A stretch of DNA of 64,000 nt, taken from NCBI GenBank assembly GCA_038087875.1, contig CM075992.1, positions 6,140,001 through 6,204,000 of the forward strand, given 5' to 3'. This DNA is from Malacoraja senta. Lineage: Eukaryota. Under the pieces are notes generated by a model. It did not search any database and was not told where the DNA came from. It saw only the letters and a program-made list of their open reading frames with translations. Of this stretch, positions 1 to 12,500 are shown piece by piece (the stretch's first letter is position 1; each line of letters begins with the position of its first letter). The position numbers and the translations under genes are program-made.

Positions 1-369
1 TCCCCTCTGCCCCTCACCCAGAGCTCCACCATGGTGCTCCCACCATGTGCAGCGTCAGACTGGGCGACCTGAAGTGTTCTCAATATTCCAAGTGTGGTCT
101 CACCAACATTTACACAATTGTAACACAACATCTCAGCTGTTGTACTGAATGCCCTGACCAATGAAGGCAAACATGGCAAGTGCCTTCTTTGTCACCTTTT
201 CACCCAATCAAATCTGTGATCCACAATTTCCCACCCAGAGGGCCATGTTAACCATCACTAATCAGTCCCCGCCGTCCCTTCCACAGCTTCTGCCTGACTT
301 GGTGAGTGTTTCCGTCATCTCCAGTTTTGATTCCCTGAACATCAGCTCTCATCCCAAGTCTGCGTTTAC

Positions 370-501
370 CTTGACAGGCCTGGTGCATCTGTCCCGGCTC
401 TGGGTGATATCCCGCTCCACAGACACAGAGGTAACTCCCAAAGGTGTTGCGACAAGTCATGTTGGCGCTGCACTGGTGCCCATGCTCGCATTCGTCCTTG
501 C
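370..501 (-). CDS. cbEGF-like exon (unique type, last visible exon)
   Basis: ctgcaacag|GCAAGGAC...TGTCAAG|gtaaac; 132 nt; GKDECEHGHQCSANMTCRNTFGSYLCVCGAGYHPEPGQMHQACQ. Confidence 0.85.
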
Positions 502-3500
502 CTGTTGCAGAGAGGGACAGAGATACAAACATCAACAGCACGGATGGTGAGGAGCGAGAGACTGCGATTGACGAGGGAGTGATGCACAGAATCTGACAGG
601 AGCTCACTCTCACATCCCTGTTACACTTCACCCACTCTCTGCCCGGCATGTTCTTACCCCACACTGAGGGCTGATCTCATAGAGGTGTATGAAATCATGA
701 GGGGAATAGATAGGGTGAGTCTTTTATCCAGAGCAGGGGAATCAAAAACTACAGGTTTAAGAGGGGCATTTTAATAGGAAGCGGAGGGGCAACTGTTTCA
801 CTCAGAGGGGGGCAGATATATGCAATGAGGGGACAGAGGAGGTAATTGAGGCAGACTGGTCGGCATGGATGAGTTGGGCCGAAGGGCCTATTTCCGTGCT
901 GTATAACTATGACTGTATGTCTCATAGACACAGGAGTCATTGGAAACACTCCTATTTCTCCGTTTTCGTCCAACATGTCAAGTAGGTGCGGGTTTGTCAG
1001 TTAATTAGCCTCTGTAAATTGCCTCTACTGTGTAGGGAGTGGAGAAGAAAGTGGGAGAATATAGAACTCATGCTGTATCTCTAAACTAAACCAAACTAAA
1101 CTCCCAGACCTTGTGTGACATCCAGCTCTAACTCGGCCTATCTGGACGATACCACATGACCGCTGTTTCCAAGGGCACAGCCTGGTCCACATCTCCATCT
1201 CCCAATCCCCACACATTCAGATCCATGTCCAAAGTCAAGTTAAACCATTTGACTTGACCGCCTCCAGCGGGACCCAACTCCACGTTGGGCTCAGGCGCAG
1301 GTTGGGCTCTAATCAGGTTTGAATTTTGAATCTCAGTGGACAACAAATCCCAAGTGACCCTAGCCTTCTTTGAAAATACAATGACCTTCCTGTGGCCTTG
1401 GCTGAGGACAACGTCCATGAGATCCTTTGTTAATTCCAGGAATCTGCGGGATAATATGAAGGGTAGGCAACCCCAATGCCAACTTGAGACCCTTCACAAT
1501 GGTAAACCTTGTTGTTCTCTGTTACCTGAGCACATTGTGTCTGGTCAGAGTATGTTGGTGGTGCAGGATAAAATCACCACAGTCTCCATCTACAAACTCA
1601 TATTCACATCCCATCACAGCAGCGGGAATATGGGAAACAACTAATCATGAGTAATGGTGCTCACAAAAATGAACAAGTTGTCACAAATATACCATCGGTT
1701 TCTCTCACGTCCCCGGGGAAGGAGATCTGGTGTCCTCACCAGGTCAAGCCCACGTGACCTACGCACGAATGTGGTTGACTCTTCCTGTCCTCACCTTCAC
1801 AGGTTTTATTTGCATGGAGTCCGGTGGACGAAGCTGATGCCTGAAACCCTGCGTTGCAGTTGCACTGGTAGGAACCCCTCGTGTTGGTACAAGTTGCGTT
1901 ATGGTGACAGGGCGAGGATTCACACTCATCGATATCTGTGTAAACAGTGACAACAGAATCACGTTGTTTACTCGTTGATAACCTGGTGTGACAGGAGCTC
2001 ACTCTCACATCCCTGTTGCTCTTCACCCACTCTCTGCCCAGCATGGTCTTACCCCACACTGAGGGCTGATCTTATAGAGATGTATGAAATCATGAGGGGA
2101 ATAGATAGGATGAATGCACAGTCTTTTATCCAGAGCAGGGGAATCAAAAACCAGAGAACAGAGGTTTAAGAGAGGGGTAAATTTAATAGGAAGCTGAGGG
2201 GCAACTGTTTCACTCAGAGGGGGCAGATATATGGAACGAGGTGACAGAGGAGGTAATTGAGGCAGATTCTATAACAACATTTAACAGACACTTGGACAGG
2301 TACAGGGATAAGAAGTGCTCTGGGGGATATGGGCCAAATGTTTGTAAATATGATGAACTTAGATAGGGCATGTTGGTCGGCATGGATGAGTTGGGCCGAA
2401 GGGCCTGTTTCCGTGCTGTATGACTATGACTGAATGCCTCATAGACACAGGAGTCAATGGAAACACTCCTGATTCTCCGGTTTCCTTCAATATCTCAAGT
2501 AGGTGGGTTTGTCGGTTAATTAGCCTCTGTAAATTGCCTCTAGTGTGTAGGGAGTGGAGAAGAAAGTGGGAGAATATAGAACTCATGCTGTATCTCTGAA
2601 CTAAACCAAACTAAACTCCCAGACATTGTGTGACATCCAGCTCTAACTTGGCCTATCTGGACGTTACCTCATGACCGCTGCTTCCAAGGGCACAGCCTGG
2701 TCCACATCTCCATCTCCCAATCCCCACACATTCAGATCCATGTCCAAAGTCAATTTAAACCATTAGACTTGACCGCCTCCAGCGGGACCCAACTCCAGGT
2801 TGGGCTCAGGCTCAGGTTGGGCTCTAACCAGGTTTGAATTTTGAATCCCAGTGGACAACAAATCCCAAGTGACCCCAGCCTTCTTTGAAAACACCACGAC
2901 CTTCCTGTGGCCTTGGCTGAGGACAACGTCCATGAGATCCTTTGTTAATTCCAGGAATCTGCGGGATAATATGAAGGGTAGGCAACCCCAATGCCAACTT
3001 GAGACCCTTCACAATGGTAAACCTTGTTGTTCTCTGTTACCTGAGGACATTGTGTCTGGTCAGAGTATGTTGGTGGTGTAGGATAAAATCACCACAGTCT
3101 CCATCTACAAACTCAGATTCACATCCCATCACAGCAGCAGGAATATGGGAAACAACTAATCATGAGTAATGGTGCTCACAAAAATGAACAAGTTGTCACA
3201 AATATACCATCGGTTTCTCTCACGTCTCCAGGGAAGGAGATCTGGTGTCATCACCAGGTCAAGCCCACGTTACCAACGCACCAATGTGGTTGACTATTCT
3301 TGTCCTCACCTTCACAGGTCTTATTTGCATGGAGTCCGGTGGATGAAGCTGGTGCCCAAAACCCTTTGTTGCAGTCGCACTGGTAGGAACCCAGCATGTT
3401 GTTACAAGTTGCGTTATGGTGACAGGGCAAGGATTCACACTCATCGATATCTGTGTAAACAGTGACAATCATTAACAACAGAATCACATTGTTTACTTGT

Positions 3501-6500
3501 TGTTAACCTGGTGTGATCGCCAGGACTGGTCTCTGTGAACAGAACCACCAATGTGGTGATTCTATAATGACGCCTGTCGAGAGAGTGATGCACGGAGGGT
3601 GACAGGAGCTCACTCTCACGTCCCTGTTACTCTTCATCCACTCTCTGCCCGGCATGGACTTACCCCACACTGAGAGCTGACCTTATAGAGGTAAATGAAA
3701 TAGGAGGGGAATAGATAGGGTGAGTGCACAGTCTTTATCCAGAGCAGGGGAATCAAAAACCAGAGGACACAGGTTTATGAGGGGCAAATTTAATAGGAAG
3801 CTGAGGGGCAACTGTTTCACTCAGAGGGGTGCAGATATATGGAATGAGATGACAGAGGAGGTAATTGAGGCAGATGCTATAATAACATTTAACAGACACT
3901 TGGACAGGTACAGGGATAAGAAGTGCTCAGTGGGATACGGACCAAATGTTTGTAAATGGGACTAACAGATGTGGCATGGATGAGTTGGGCCAAAGGGGTG
4001 TTTCCGTGCTGTATGACTCTATGACTGCATGCCTCATAGACACAGGAGTCATTGGAAACATTCCTGATTCTCCGCTTTCGTCCAAGATGTCAAGTAGGTG
4101 CGGGTTTGTCGGTTAATTAGCCTCTGTAAATTGCCTCTAGTGTGTAGGGAGTGGAGAAGAAAGTGGGAGAATATAGAACTCATGCTGTATCTCTAAACTA
4201 AACCAAACTAAACTCCCAGACATTGTGTGACATCCAGCTCTAACTCGGCCTATCTGGACGTTACCACATGACCGCTGCTTCCAAGAGCACAGCCTGGTCC
4301 ACATCTCCATCTCCCAATCCCCACACATTCAGATCCATGTCCAAAGTCAAGTTAAACCATTTGACTTGACCGCCTCCAGCAGGACCCAAATCCAGGTTGT
4401 GCTCAGGCTCAGGTTGGGCTCTAAGCAGGTTTGAATTTTGAATGTCAGTGGACAACAAATCCCAAGGGACCCCAGTCTTCTTTGAAAACACTACGACCTT
4501 CCTGTGGCCTTGGCTGAGGACAACGTCCATGAGATCCTTTGTTAATTCCAGGAATCTGCTGGATAATATGAAGGGTAGGCAACCCCAATGACAACTTGAG
4601 ACCCTTCACAATGGTAAACCTCGTTCTCTGTAACCTGAGGACATTGTATCTGGTCAGAGTATGTTGGTGGTGCAGGATAAAATCACCACAGTCTCCATGT
4701 ACAAACTCATATTCACATCCCATCACAGCAGCGGGAATATGGGAAACAACTAATCATGAGTAATGGTGCTCACAAAAATGAACAAGTTGTCACAAATATA
4801 CCATCGGTTTCTCTCACGTCTCCAGGGAAGGAGATCTGGTGTCCTCACCAGGTCAAGCCCATGTGATCAACGCACCAATGTGGTTGACTCTTCCTGTCCT
4901 CACCTTCACAGGTCTTATTTGCATGGAGTCCGGTGGACGAAGCTGATGCCTGAAACCCTGCGTTGCAGTTGCACTGGTAGGAACCCAGCGTGTTGTTACA
5001 AGTTGCATTATGGTGACAGGGCGAGGATTCACACTCATCGATATCTGTGTAAACAGTGACAATCATTAACAACAGAATCACATTGTTTACTTGTTGATAA
5101 CCTGGTGTGACAGGAGCTCACTCTCACATCCCTGTTGCTCTTCACCCACTCTCTGCCCGGCATGGACTTACCGCACACTGAGGGCTGATCTTATAGAGGT
5201 GTATGAAATCATGAGGGGAATAGATAGGATGAATGCACAGTCTTTTATCCAGAGCAGGGGAATCAAAAACCAGAGGACAGAGGTTTAAGAGAGGGGTAAA
5301 TTTAATAGGAAGCTGAGGGGCAACTGTTTCACTCAGAGGAGGCAGATATATGGAACGAGGTGACAGAGGAGGTAATTGAGGCAGATTCTATAACAACATT
5401 TAACAGACACTTGGACAGGTACATGGATAAGAAGTGCTCTGGGGGATATGGGCCAAATGTTTGTAAATATGATGAACGTAGTTAGGGCATGTTGGTCAGC
5501 ATGGATGAGTTGGGCCAAAGGCCCTGTTTCCATGCTGTATGACTATGACTGAATGCCTCATAGACACAGGAGTCAATGGAAACACTCCTGATTCTCCGGT
5601 TTCCTTCAATATCTCAAGTAGGTGGGTTTGTCGGTTAATTAGCCTCTGTAAATTGCCTCTAGTGTGTAGGGAGTGGAGAAGAAAGTGGGAGAATATAGAA
5701 CTCATGCTGTATCTCTGAACTAAACCAAACTAAACTCCCAGACATTGTGTGACATCCAGCTCTAACTCGGCCTAACTGGATGTTACCACATGACCGCTGC
5801 TTCCAAGGGCACAGCCTGGTCCACATCTCCATCTCCCAATCCCCACACATTCAGATCCATGTCCAAAGTCAATTTAAACCATTAGACTTGACCGCCTCCA
5901 GCGGGACCCAACTCCAGGTTGGGCTCAGGCTCAGGTTGGGCTCTAACCAGGTTTCAATTTTGAATCTCAGTGGACAACAAATCCCAAGTGACCCCAGCCT
6001 TCTTTGAAAACACTATGACCTTCCTGTGGCCTTGGCTGAGGACAACGTCCATGAGATCCTTTGTTAATTCCAGGAATCTGCGGGATAATATGAAAGGTAG
6101 GCAACTCCAATGCCAACTTGAGACCCTTCACAATGGTAAACCTTGTTGTTCTCTGTTACCTGAGGACATTGTGTCTGGTCAGAGTATGTTGGTGGTGCAG
6201 GATAAAATCACCACAGTCTCCATCTACAAACTCAGATTCACATCCCATCACAGCAGCGGCAATATGGGAAACAACTAATCATGAGTAATGGTGCTCACAA
6301 AAATGAACAAGTTGTCACAAATATGCCATCGGTTTCTCTCACGTCTCCAGGGAAGGAGATCTGGTGTCCTCACCAGGTCAAGCCCATGTGACCAACGCAC
6401 CAATGTGGTTGACTCTTCCTGTCCTCACCTTCACAGGTTTTATATGCATGGAGTCCGGTGGACGAAGCTGATGCCTGAAACCCTACGTTGCAGTCGCACT

Positions 6501-9500
6501 GGTAGGAACCCCTCGTGTTGGTACAATTTGTGCTATGGTGACAGGGCGAGGTTTCACACTCATCGATATCTGTGTAAACAGTGACAATCATTAACAACAG
6601 AATCACATTGTTTACTTGTTGTTAACCTGGTGTGATCGCCAGGACTGGTCTCTGTGAACAGAACCAGCAATGTGGTGATTCTATAATGACGCCTGACGAA
6701 AGAGTGATGCACGGAGGGTGACAGGAGCTCACTCTCACGTCCCTGTTGCTCTTCACCCACTCTCTGCCCGGCATGGACTTACCCCACACTGAGAGCTGAC
6801 CTTATAGAGGTAAATGAAATCATGAGGGGAATAGATAGAGTGAGTGCACAGTTTTTATCCAGAGCAGGGGAATCAAAAACCAGAGGACACAGGTTTAAGA
6901 GAGGGGCAAATTTAATAGGAAGCTGAGGGGCAACTGTTTCACTCAGAGGGGGGCAGATATATGGAATGAGGCAGATGCTATAATAACATTTAACAGACAC
7001 TTGGACAGGTACAGGGATAAGAAGTGCTCAGTGGGATATGGACCAAATGTTTGTAAATGGGACTAACGTAGTTGGGGCATGGATGACTTGGGCCGAAGGG
7101 CCTGTTTCCGTGCTGTAGGACTCTATGACTGCATGTCTCATGGACACAGGAGTCATTGGAACCACTCCTGACCCTCCGCATTCGTCCAATATATCAAGTA
7201 GGAGCGGGTTTGTCGGTTAATTAGCCTCTGTAAATTGCCTCCAGTGTGCCGGGAGTGGAGAAGAAAGTGGGAGAATATAGAACTCATGTTGTATCTCTAA
7301 ACTAAACCAAACTAAACTCCCAGACCTTGTGTGACATCCAGCTCTAACTCGGCGTATCTGGACGTTACCACATGACCGCTGCTTCCAAGGGCACAGCCTG
7401 GTCCACATCTCCATCTCCCAATCCCCACACATTCAGATCCATGTAGGAACCCATCGTGTTGGTACAGGTTGCTTGATTGTGACAGGGCGAGGATTTACAC
7501 TCGTCGATATCTGTGTGAACAGAGAAACCCTTCACAATGGTAAACCTCGTTGTTCTCTGTTACCCGAGGACATTGTGTCTGGTCAGAGTATGTTGGTGGT
7601 GCAGGATAAAATCACCACAGTCTCCATCTACAAACTCAGATTCACATCCCATCACAGCAGCGGGAATATGGGAAACAACTAATCATGAGTAATGGTGCTC
7701 ACAATAATGAACAAGTTGTCACAAATATACCATCGGTTTCTCTCACGTCTCCAGGGAAGGAGATCTGGTGTCCTCACCAGGTCAAGCCCACGTGACCTAC
7801 GCACCAATGTGGTTGACTCATCCTGTCCTCACCTTCACAGGTCTTATTTGCACAGAGCCCGGTAGACGAAGCTGATGCCTGAAACCCTACGTTGCAGTTG
7901 CACTGGTAGGAACCCAGCGTGTTGTTACAAGTTGCGTTATGGTGACAGGGCGAGGATTCACACTCATCGGTATCTGTGTAAACAGTGACAATCATTAACA
8001 ACAGAATCACATTGTTTACTTGTTGATAACCTGGTGTGATCACTGGGTCTGGTCTATGTAACCAGAACCAACGTGGTGGCTCTTAAATACTGCAGGAAAT
8101 GTCCTTGGAAGTCAGTCGCTTACTTGCCTTGGTTGCTCCAACAGCTGCTTCCAGACATTTTTACCTTTATCAGCAAATAGGACAAGGGCTTCAGGCACTG
8201 GGAACACCACCACCTACAGGTTCCCCTCTGTCACGCACAACCCTATTTGGAAATACTTTGCTGGTCCTACATCATTATTGGGTCTAAATCATGGACCTCA
8301 CCTTGTGAGCAACTAATATTCTGTTCCTTGAGCAGAGAAACAACCAGTTCCTCACCACCAACACACCCGCTGCTCTGGCTGAACCCACGGTTTGTGGGCC
8401 TGTACTTGTTGGAGTTTAGATGGATGATGGGGGCATCTCATTGAAACTTACTGAAGAATGAAAGGCCTGGATGGAAAGAATGTGGAGAGGCTGTTTCGAC
8501 TAGTGGCCAAGTCTTCGAGTTTTTTTAAAGCGGAGCTACAGCTGCTTGGACCAGTTCCCGTCCCCTGCTTCCATGGGCTCTCCCCGCTCCATCGATCTGT
8601 TTCCCAGTGTTCAGTAGTGAGCTGAGCCTAGGCTGGAGCTTGGGACAGGAGTGACCACGGCTGCTCGCACTGCTGACCCGATGGGACATGTTCCTCAGCA
8701 TGACACGGTCTCCATCCAAGGAACCTGGCTGGTCCTTAAACTCATCTCCCAATCTCTAATATATTTAGAATGAAAAGTAAGAAAAAGGCCTATTTAGGAT
8801 TGATTGAACCCAGCTGACACAACCCACCGCCACCCTGTGCTATTTCTTTTGGAATTTGCACAGGGCAGCCGCCAGGAAATTACTCCTTAATTCCAGGGAT
8901 CTGCAAAACAATTCTGGAGCATTCCCAATCCCATTCCCAATTTGAGATTTATTCTCCACTTCATGGTGATGTGAAGACCTAATCCTCACAGATCTTCAAA
9001 CCTGTGTATCTTTGAAGCGTGGGAGGGAACCGGTGCACCCGGAGAAAACCCGCGCGGTCACGGGGAGAACGTGCAAACTCCATACAGACAGCATCCAGAG
9101 TCCATCGCTGCACTACTTTGCCACTGCGATGTTGTCTGTTACACAAGGACTCTGGTGTCTGAGTGTGTTGGTATGGGCCCATAGAGGTGGGCTGTAGAGG
9201 CTTTGCAGGACGCTCACTCTGCAAAGTCCTCAACCAGTCGGGCATTACGGGGCTGGCAAAGAAGAGGGCCATTCAATCTGCAAGCGAAGCCGCAGAGAAA
9301 GCCACTAGGGTGGTTTTTGATTAAGAGGGCTGATCCATGGGCGGTTGCTGCTGGGACACAAGTCAGGGCTTGATCAACCCAGGCTGGGTCACCTGGGCGA
9401 GGGGGTCTGATCTTGTGAGACCCGAAACACCCGATGACCCTAGGTCACATCATTGAGGATGCGTCCCAGCGCATCTAGAAGATGTATCTTTCACACAGTG

Positions 9501-12500
9501 GTACAGGGATTAAATCACAATAGTCATCTACAAAACTGGAATTCAAATCCCTCTACTCCAGCGGGAATTTAGAAAAATAATCATCAGTGATGGCACTCGT
9601 AAAATGAACAAAATGTCATGAAAACCCATTGGTTTCTCTAATCCCCTCCCTGGAAGGAAATCCGGTAATGTAACCAGCTCCAGCCGACATGATCAGAGTA
9701 CCAATCTCTCTCAAAGTCCTCACCTTCACAGGTCTTATTTGCAGGGAGTCCGGTGGACGAAGCTGATGCATGAAACCCTGCGTTGCAGTTGCACTGGTAG
9801 GAACCCAGCGTGTTGGTACAAGTTGCGTTATGGTGACAGGGCGAGGATTCACAGTCATCGATATCTGTGTAAACAGTGAAAACCCTTCACAATTGTAAAC
9901 GTTGTTCTATGTTACACGAGGACTCTGGTGTCTGGACAGAGTATGTTGGTGGCGCAAGGATAAAATCAGCACAATAATCATCTACAAAACTGGAATTTAA
10001 ATCCCACCACAGTGGCGGAAATTTGGAAAACATCTAATCATCGGTAGTGGTGCTCACATAGATGAACAAGTTGTCGTGAAAACCCGTTGGATTTTCTCAT
10101 GTCTCCAGGGAGGAAAATCTGGTGTCATCACAAGGTCAAGCCCACGTGACCAATACGCCAATGTGGTTGACTCTTAGAGTCCTCACCTTCACAGGTCTTA
10201 TTTGCACGGAGTCCAATGGACGAAGCTGATGTCTGAAACCCTGCGTTGCAGTTGCACTGGTAGGAACCCAGCATGTTGGTACAAGTTGTGTTATGGTGAC
10301 AGGGCACTGATTTATACTCATCGATATCTGTGTAAACAGTGACAATCGTTAACAACAAAAACACATTGTTTACTCATTGTTAACCTGGTGTGATCGCCAG
10401 GCCTGGTCTATGTAACCAGAACCAACGTGGTGACTCTTAAATACTGCAGGGAATGTGCTTGGAAGTCAGTCGATTACTTGCCTTGGTTGCTCCAACAGCT
10501 GCTTCCAGACATTTTTACCTTTATCAGCAAATAGGACAAGGGCTTCAGGCACTGGGAACACCACCACCCACAGGTTCCCCTCCAAGTCATGCACAACCCT
10601 ATTTGGAAATACTTTGCTGGTCCTGCATCATTACTGGGTCTAAATCATGGACCTCACCTTGTGAGCAACTAATATTCTGTTCCTTGAGCAGAGACACAAC
10701 CAGTTCCTCACCACCAGCACACTCGCTGCTCTGGCTGAACCCACCGTTTGTGGGCCTGTACTTGTTGGAGTTTAGATGGATGATGGGGGAATCTCATTGC
10801 AACTTACTGAAGAATGAAAGGCCTGGATGGAAAGAATATGGAGAGGCTGTTTCTACTAGTGACCAAGTCTTCGAGTTTTTTTAAAGCGTAAATTGATAGG
10901 TTCTTCATTAGTACAGGTGTCAGGTTTATGGGGAGAAGGCAAGAGAATGGGTTTGAGAGGGAAAGATAGATCAGCCATGACTGAATAGTAGTGACTGGGT
11001 GGTCCGAAATGCCTGTTTCCGCGCTGTATCTCAAAACTAAACAATAAATCCAACCTTCACAGTCCTCTGCAGTGATGCCATTTGTCGCAGCTGATGCATG
11101 AAACCCTGCGATGCAGTTGCACCGGTAGGAACCCGGCGTGTTGTCACAAAACGTGTTTTTGCCACAGGTTGCGGATTTGCATTCGTCAATATATGTGGGA
11201 ACAGTGAAAACCCTTCACAATAGTAACACAGTTTGCACCCTGTTGCACTCTGTAACTATGTTGATAGAATGGAGCTGCTGGGCTTGTCTACTCTGGAATT
11301 TAGAAGGATGAGAGGCAATCTTATTGAAACATTTAAGATTATTAAGGGTTTGGACACGCTCGAGGCAGGAAACATGTTCCCGATGTTGGGGGCGTCCAGA
11401 ACCAGGGGTCATACTTTAAGAATAAGAGGCAAGCCATTTAGAATAGAGATGAGGAAAAACGTTTTCACACAGAGGGTTGTGAATCTGTGGAATTCTCAGC
11501 CTCAGGCCAATTCTCTGGATGCTTTCAAGAGAGAGTTAGATAGAGCTCTTAAAGATAGCGGAGTCAGGGGATATGGGGAGAAGGCAGGAACGGGGTACTG
11601 ATTGTGGATGATCAGCCATGATCACAGTGGATGGCAGTGCTGGCTTGAGGGACCTACTCCTGCACCTATTGTCTATTGTCTGGATGCAGCAACACACCGG
11701 CGTGTGCCTTAAACACAGAGCAGACCCTCGTTGGAACAAAGGATTAAGTGAAAGGTTGAGGGAGAAAGACAGGTGGAAGGAGTTAAGGAACAGATCTTCC
11801 TGGATCAAATGGAATTGAGGAACCAAATGGCCTTGGACAAGCCAGAAGCTGTGATGATTGCCCTCGATTCCATTGGACTGGAAGCTGTCTGCCGGTGAGA
11901 GTGGAAAGGTTGAGCAGTAACCCAGCCTTCTCTATCAGGGCAGTTGTGTAAAGAACCATGTCACGGTGTGGCTGGTGTGGGCGACATGGGGTGGTTGCAG
12001 ACACAGGGTGTCCACTGCTCCGTTAATCTTTAATGTGGCTCCGAGCCCAGACCGGGTCTGGCCACATCTGGACCTCCGCAAATTGCCCCCTCCGCACGGA
12101 GCGAGACATGCAGGTACGGCCTTGCACCGTGTGGGACCAGCGAACTGGGACTGCAGTGAGCCCACCAGCTACAGCTTCTTGGACCAGTTCCCGGAGGTGG
12201 CATTGTACCGTCCCCTGCTTCCAAGGGCTCTCCCCGCTCCATCGATCTGTTTCCCAGTGTTTAGTAGTGAGCTGAGCCTAGGCTGGAGCTTGGGACAGGA
12301 GTGACCACGGCAGCTGGCACTGCTGACCCGATGGGACATGTTCCTCAGCATGACACGGTCTCCATCCAAGGAACCTGGCTGGTCCATAAACTCATCTCCC
12401 AATCTCTAATATATTTAGAATGAAAAGTAAGAAAAAGGCCTATTTAGGATTGATTGAACCCAGCTGACACAACCCACCACCACCCTGTGCTATTTCTTTT

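Larger units (their letters stand above)
590..8040. repeat. Tandem exon+intron array I, ~1.4-1.6 kb units with ~3.1 kb higher-order period
   Basis: Exon starts at 1795, 3310, 4904, 6429, 7833; introns near-identical; 1795>4904 = 3109 and 3310>6429 = 3119. Confidence 0.9.

Noticed and set aside
3251..3487. 78-aa ORFs 'MILLLMIVTVYTDIDEC...' as stand-alone secreted single-EGF peptides
   Set aside because: The start is a GTG and the hydrophobic 'leader' is the translated intron end; splice sites show these are internal exons
1654..6584. Repeated plus-strand 98-aa ORFs (MVLTKMNKLSQ...)
   Set aside because: Antisense shadows of the EGF exons, repeated only because the DNA is duplicated
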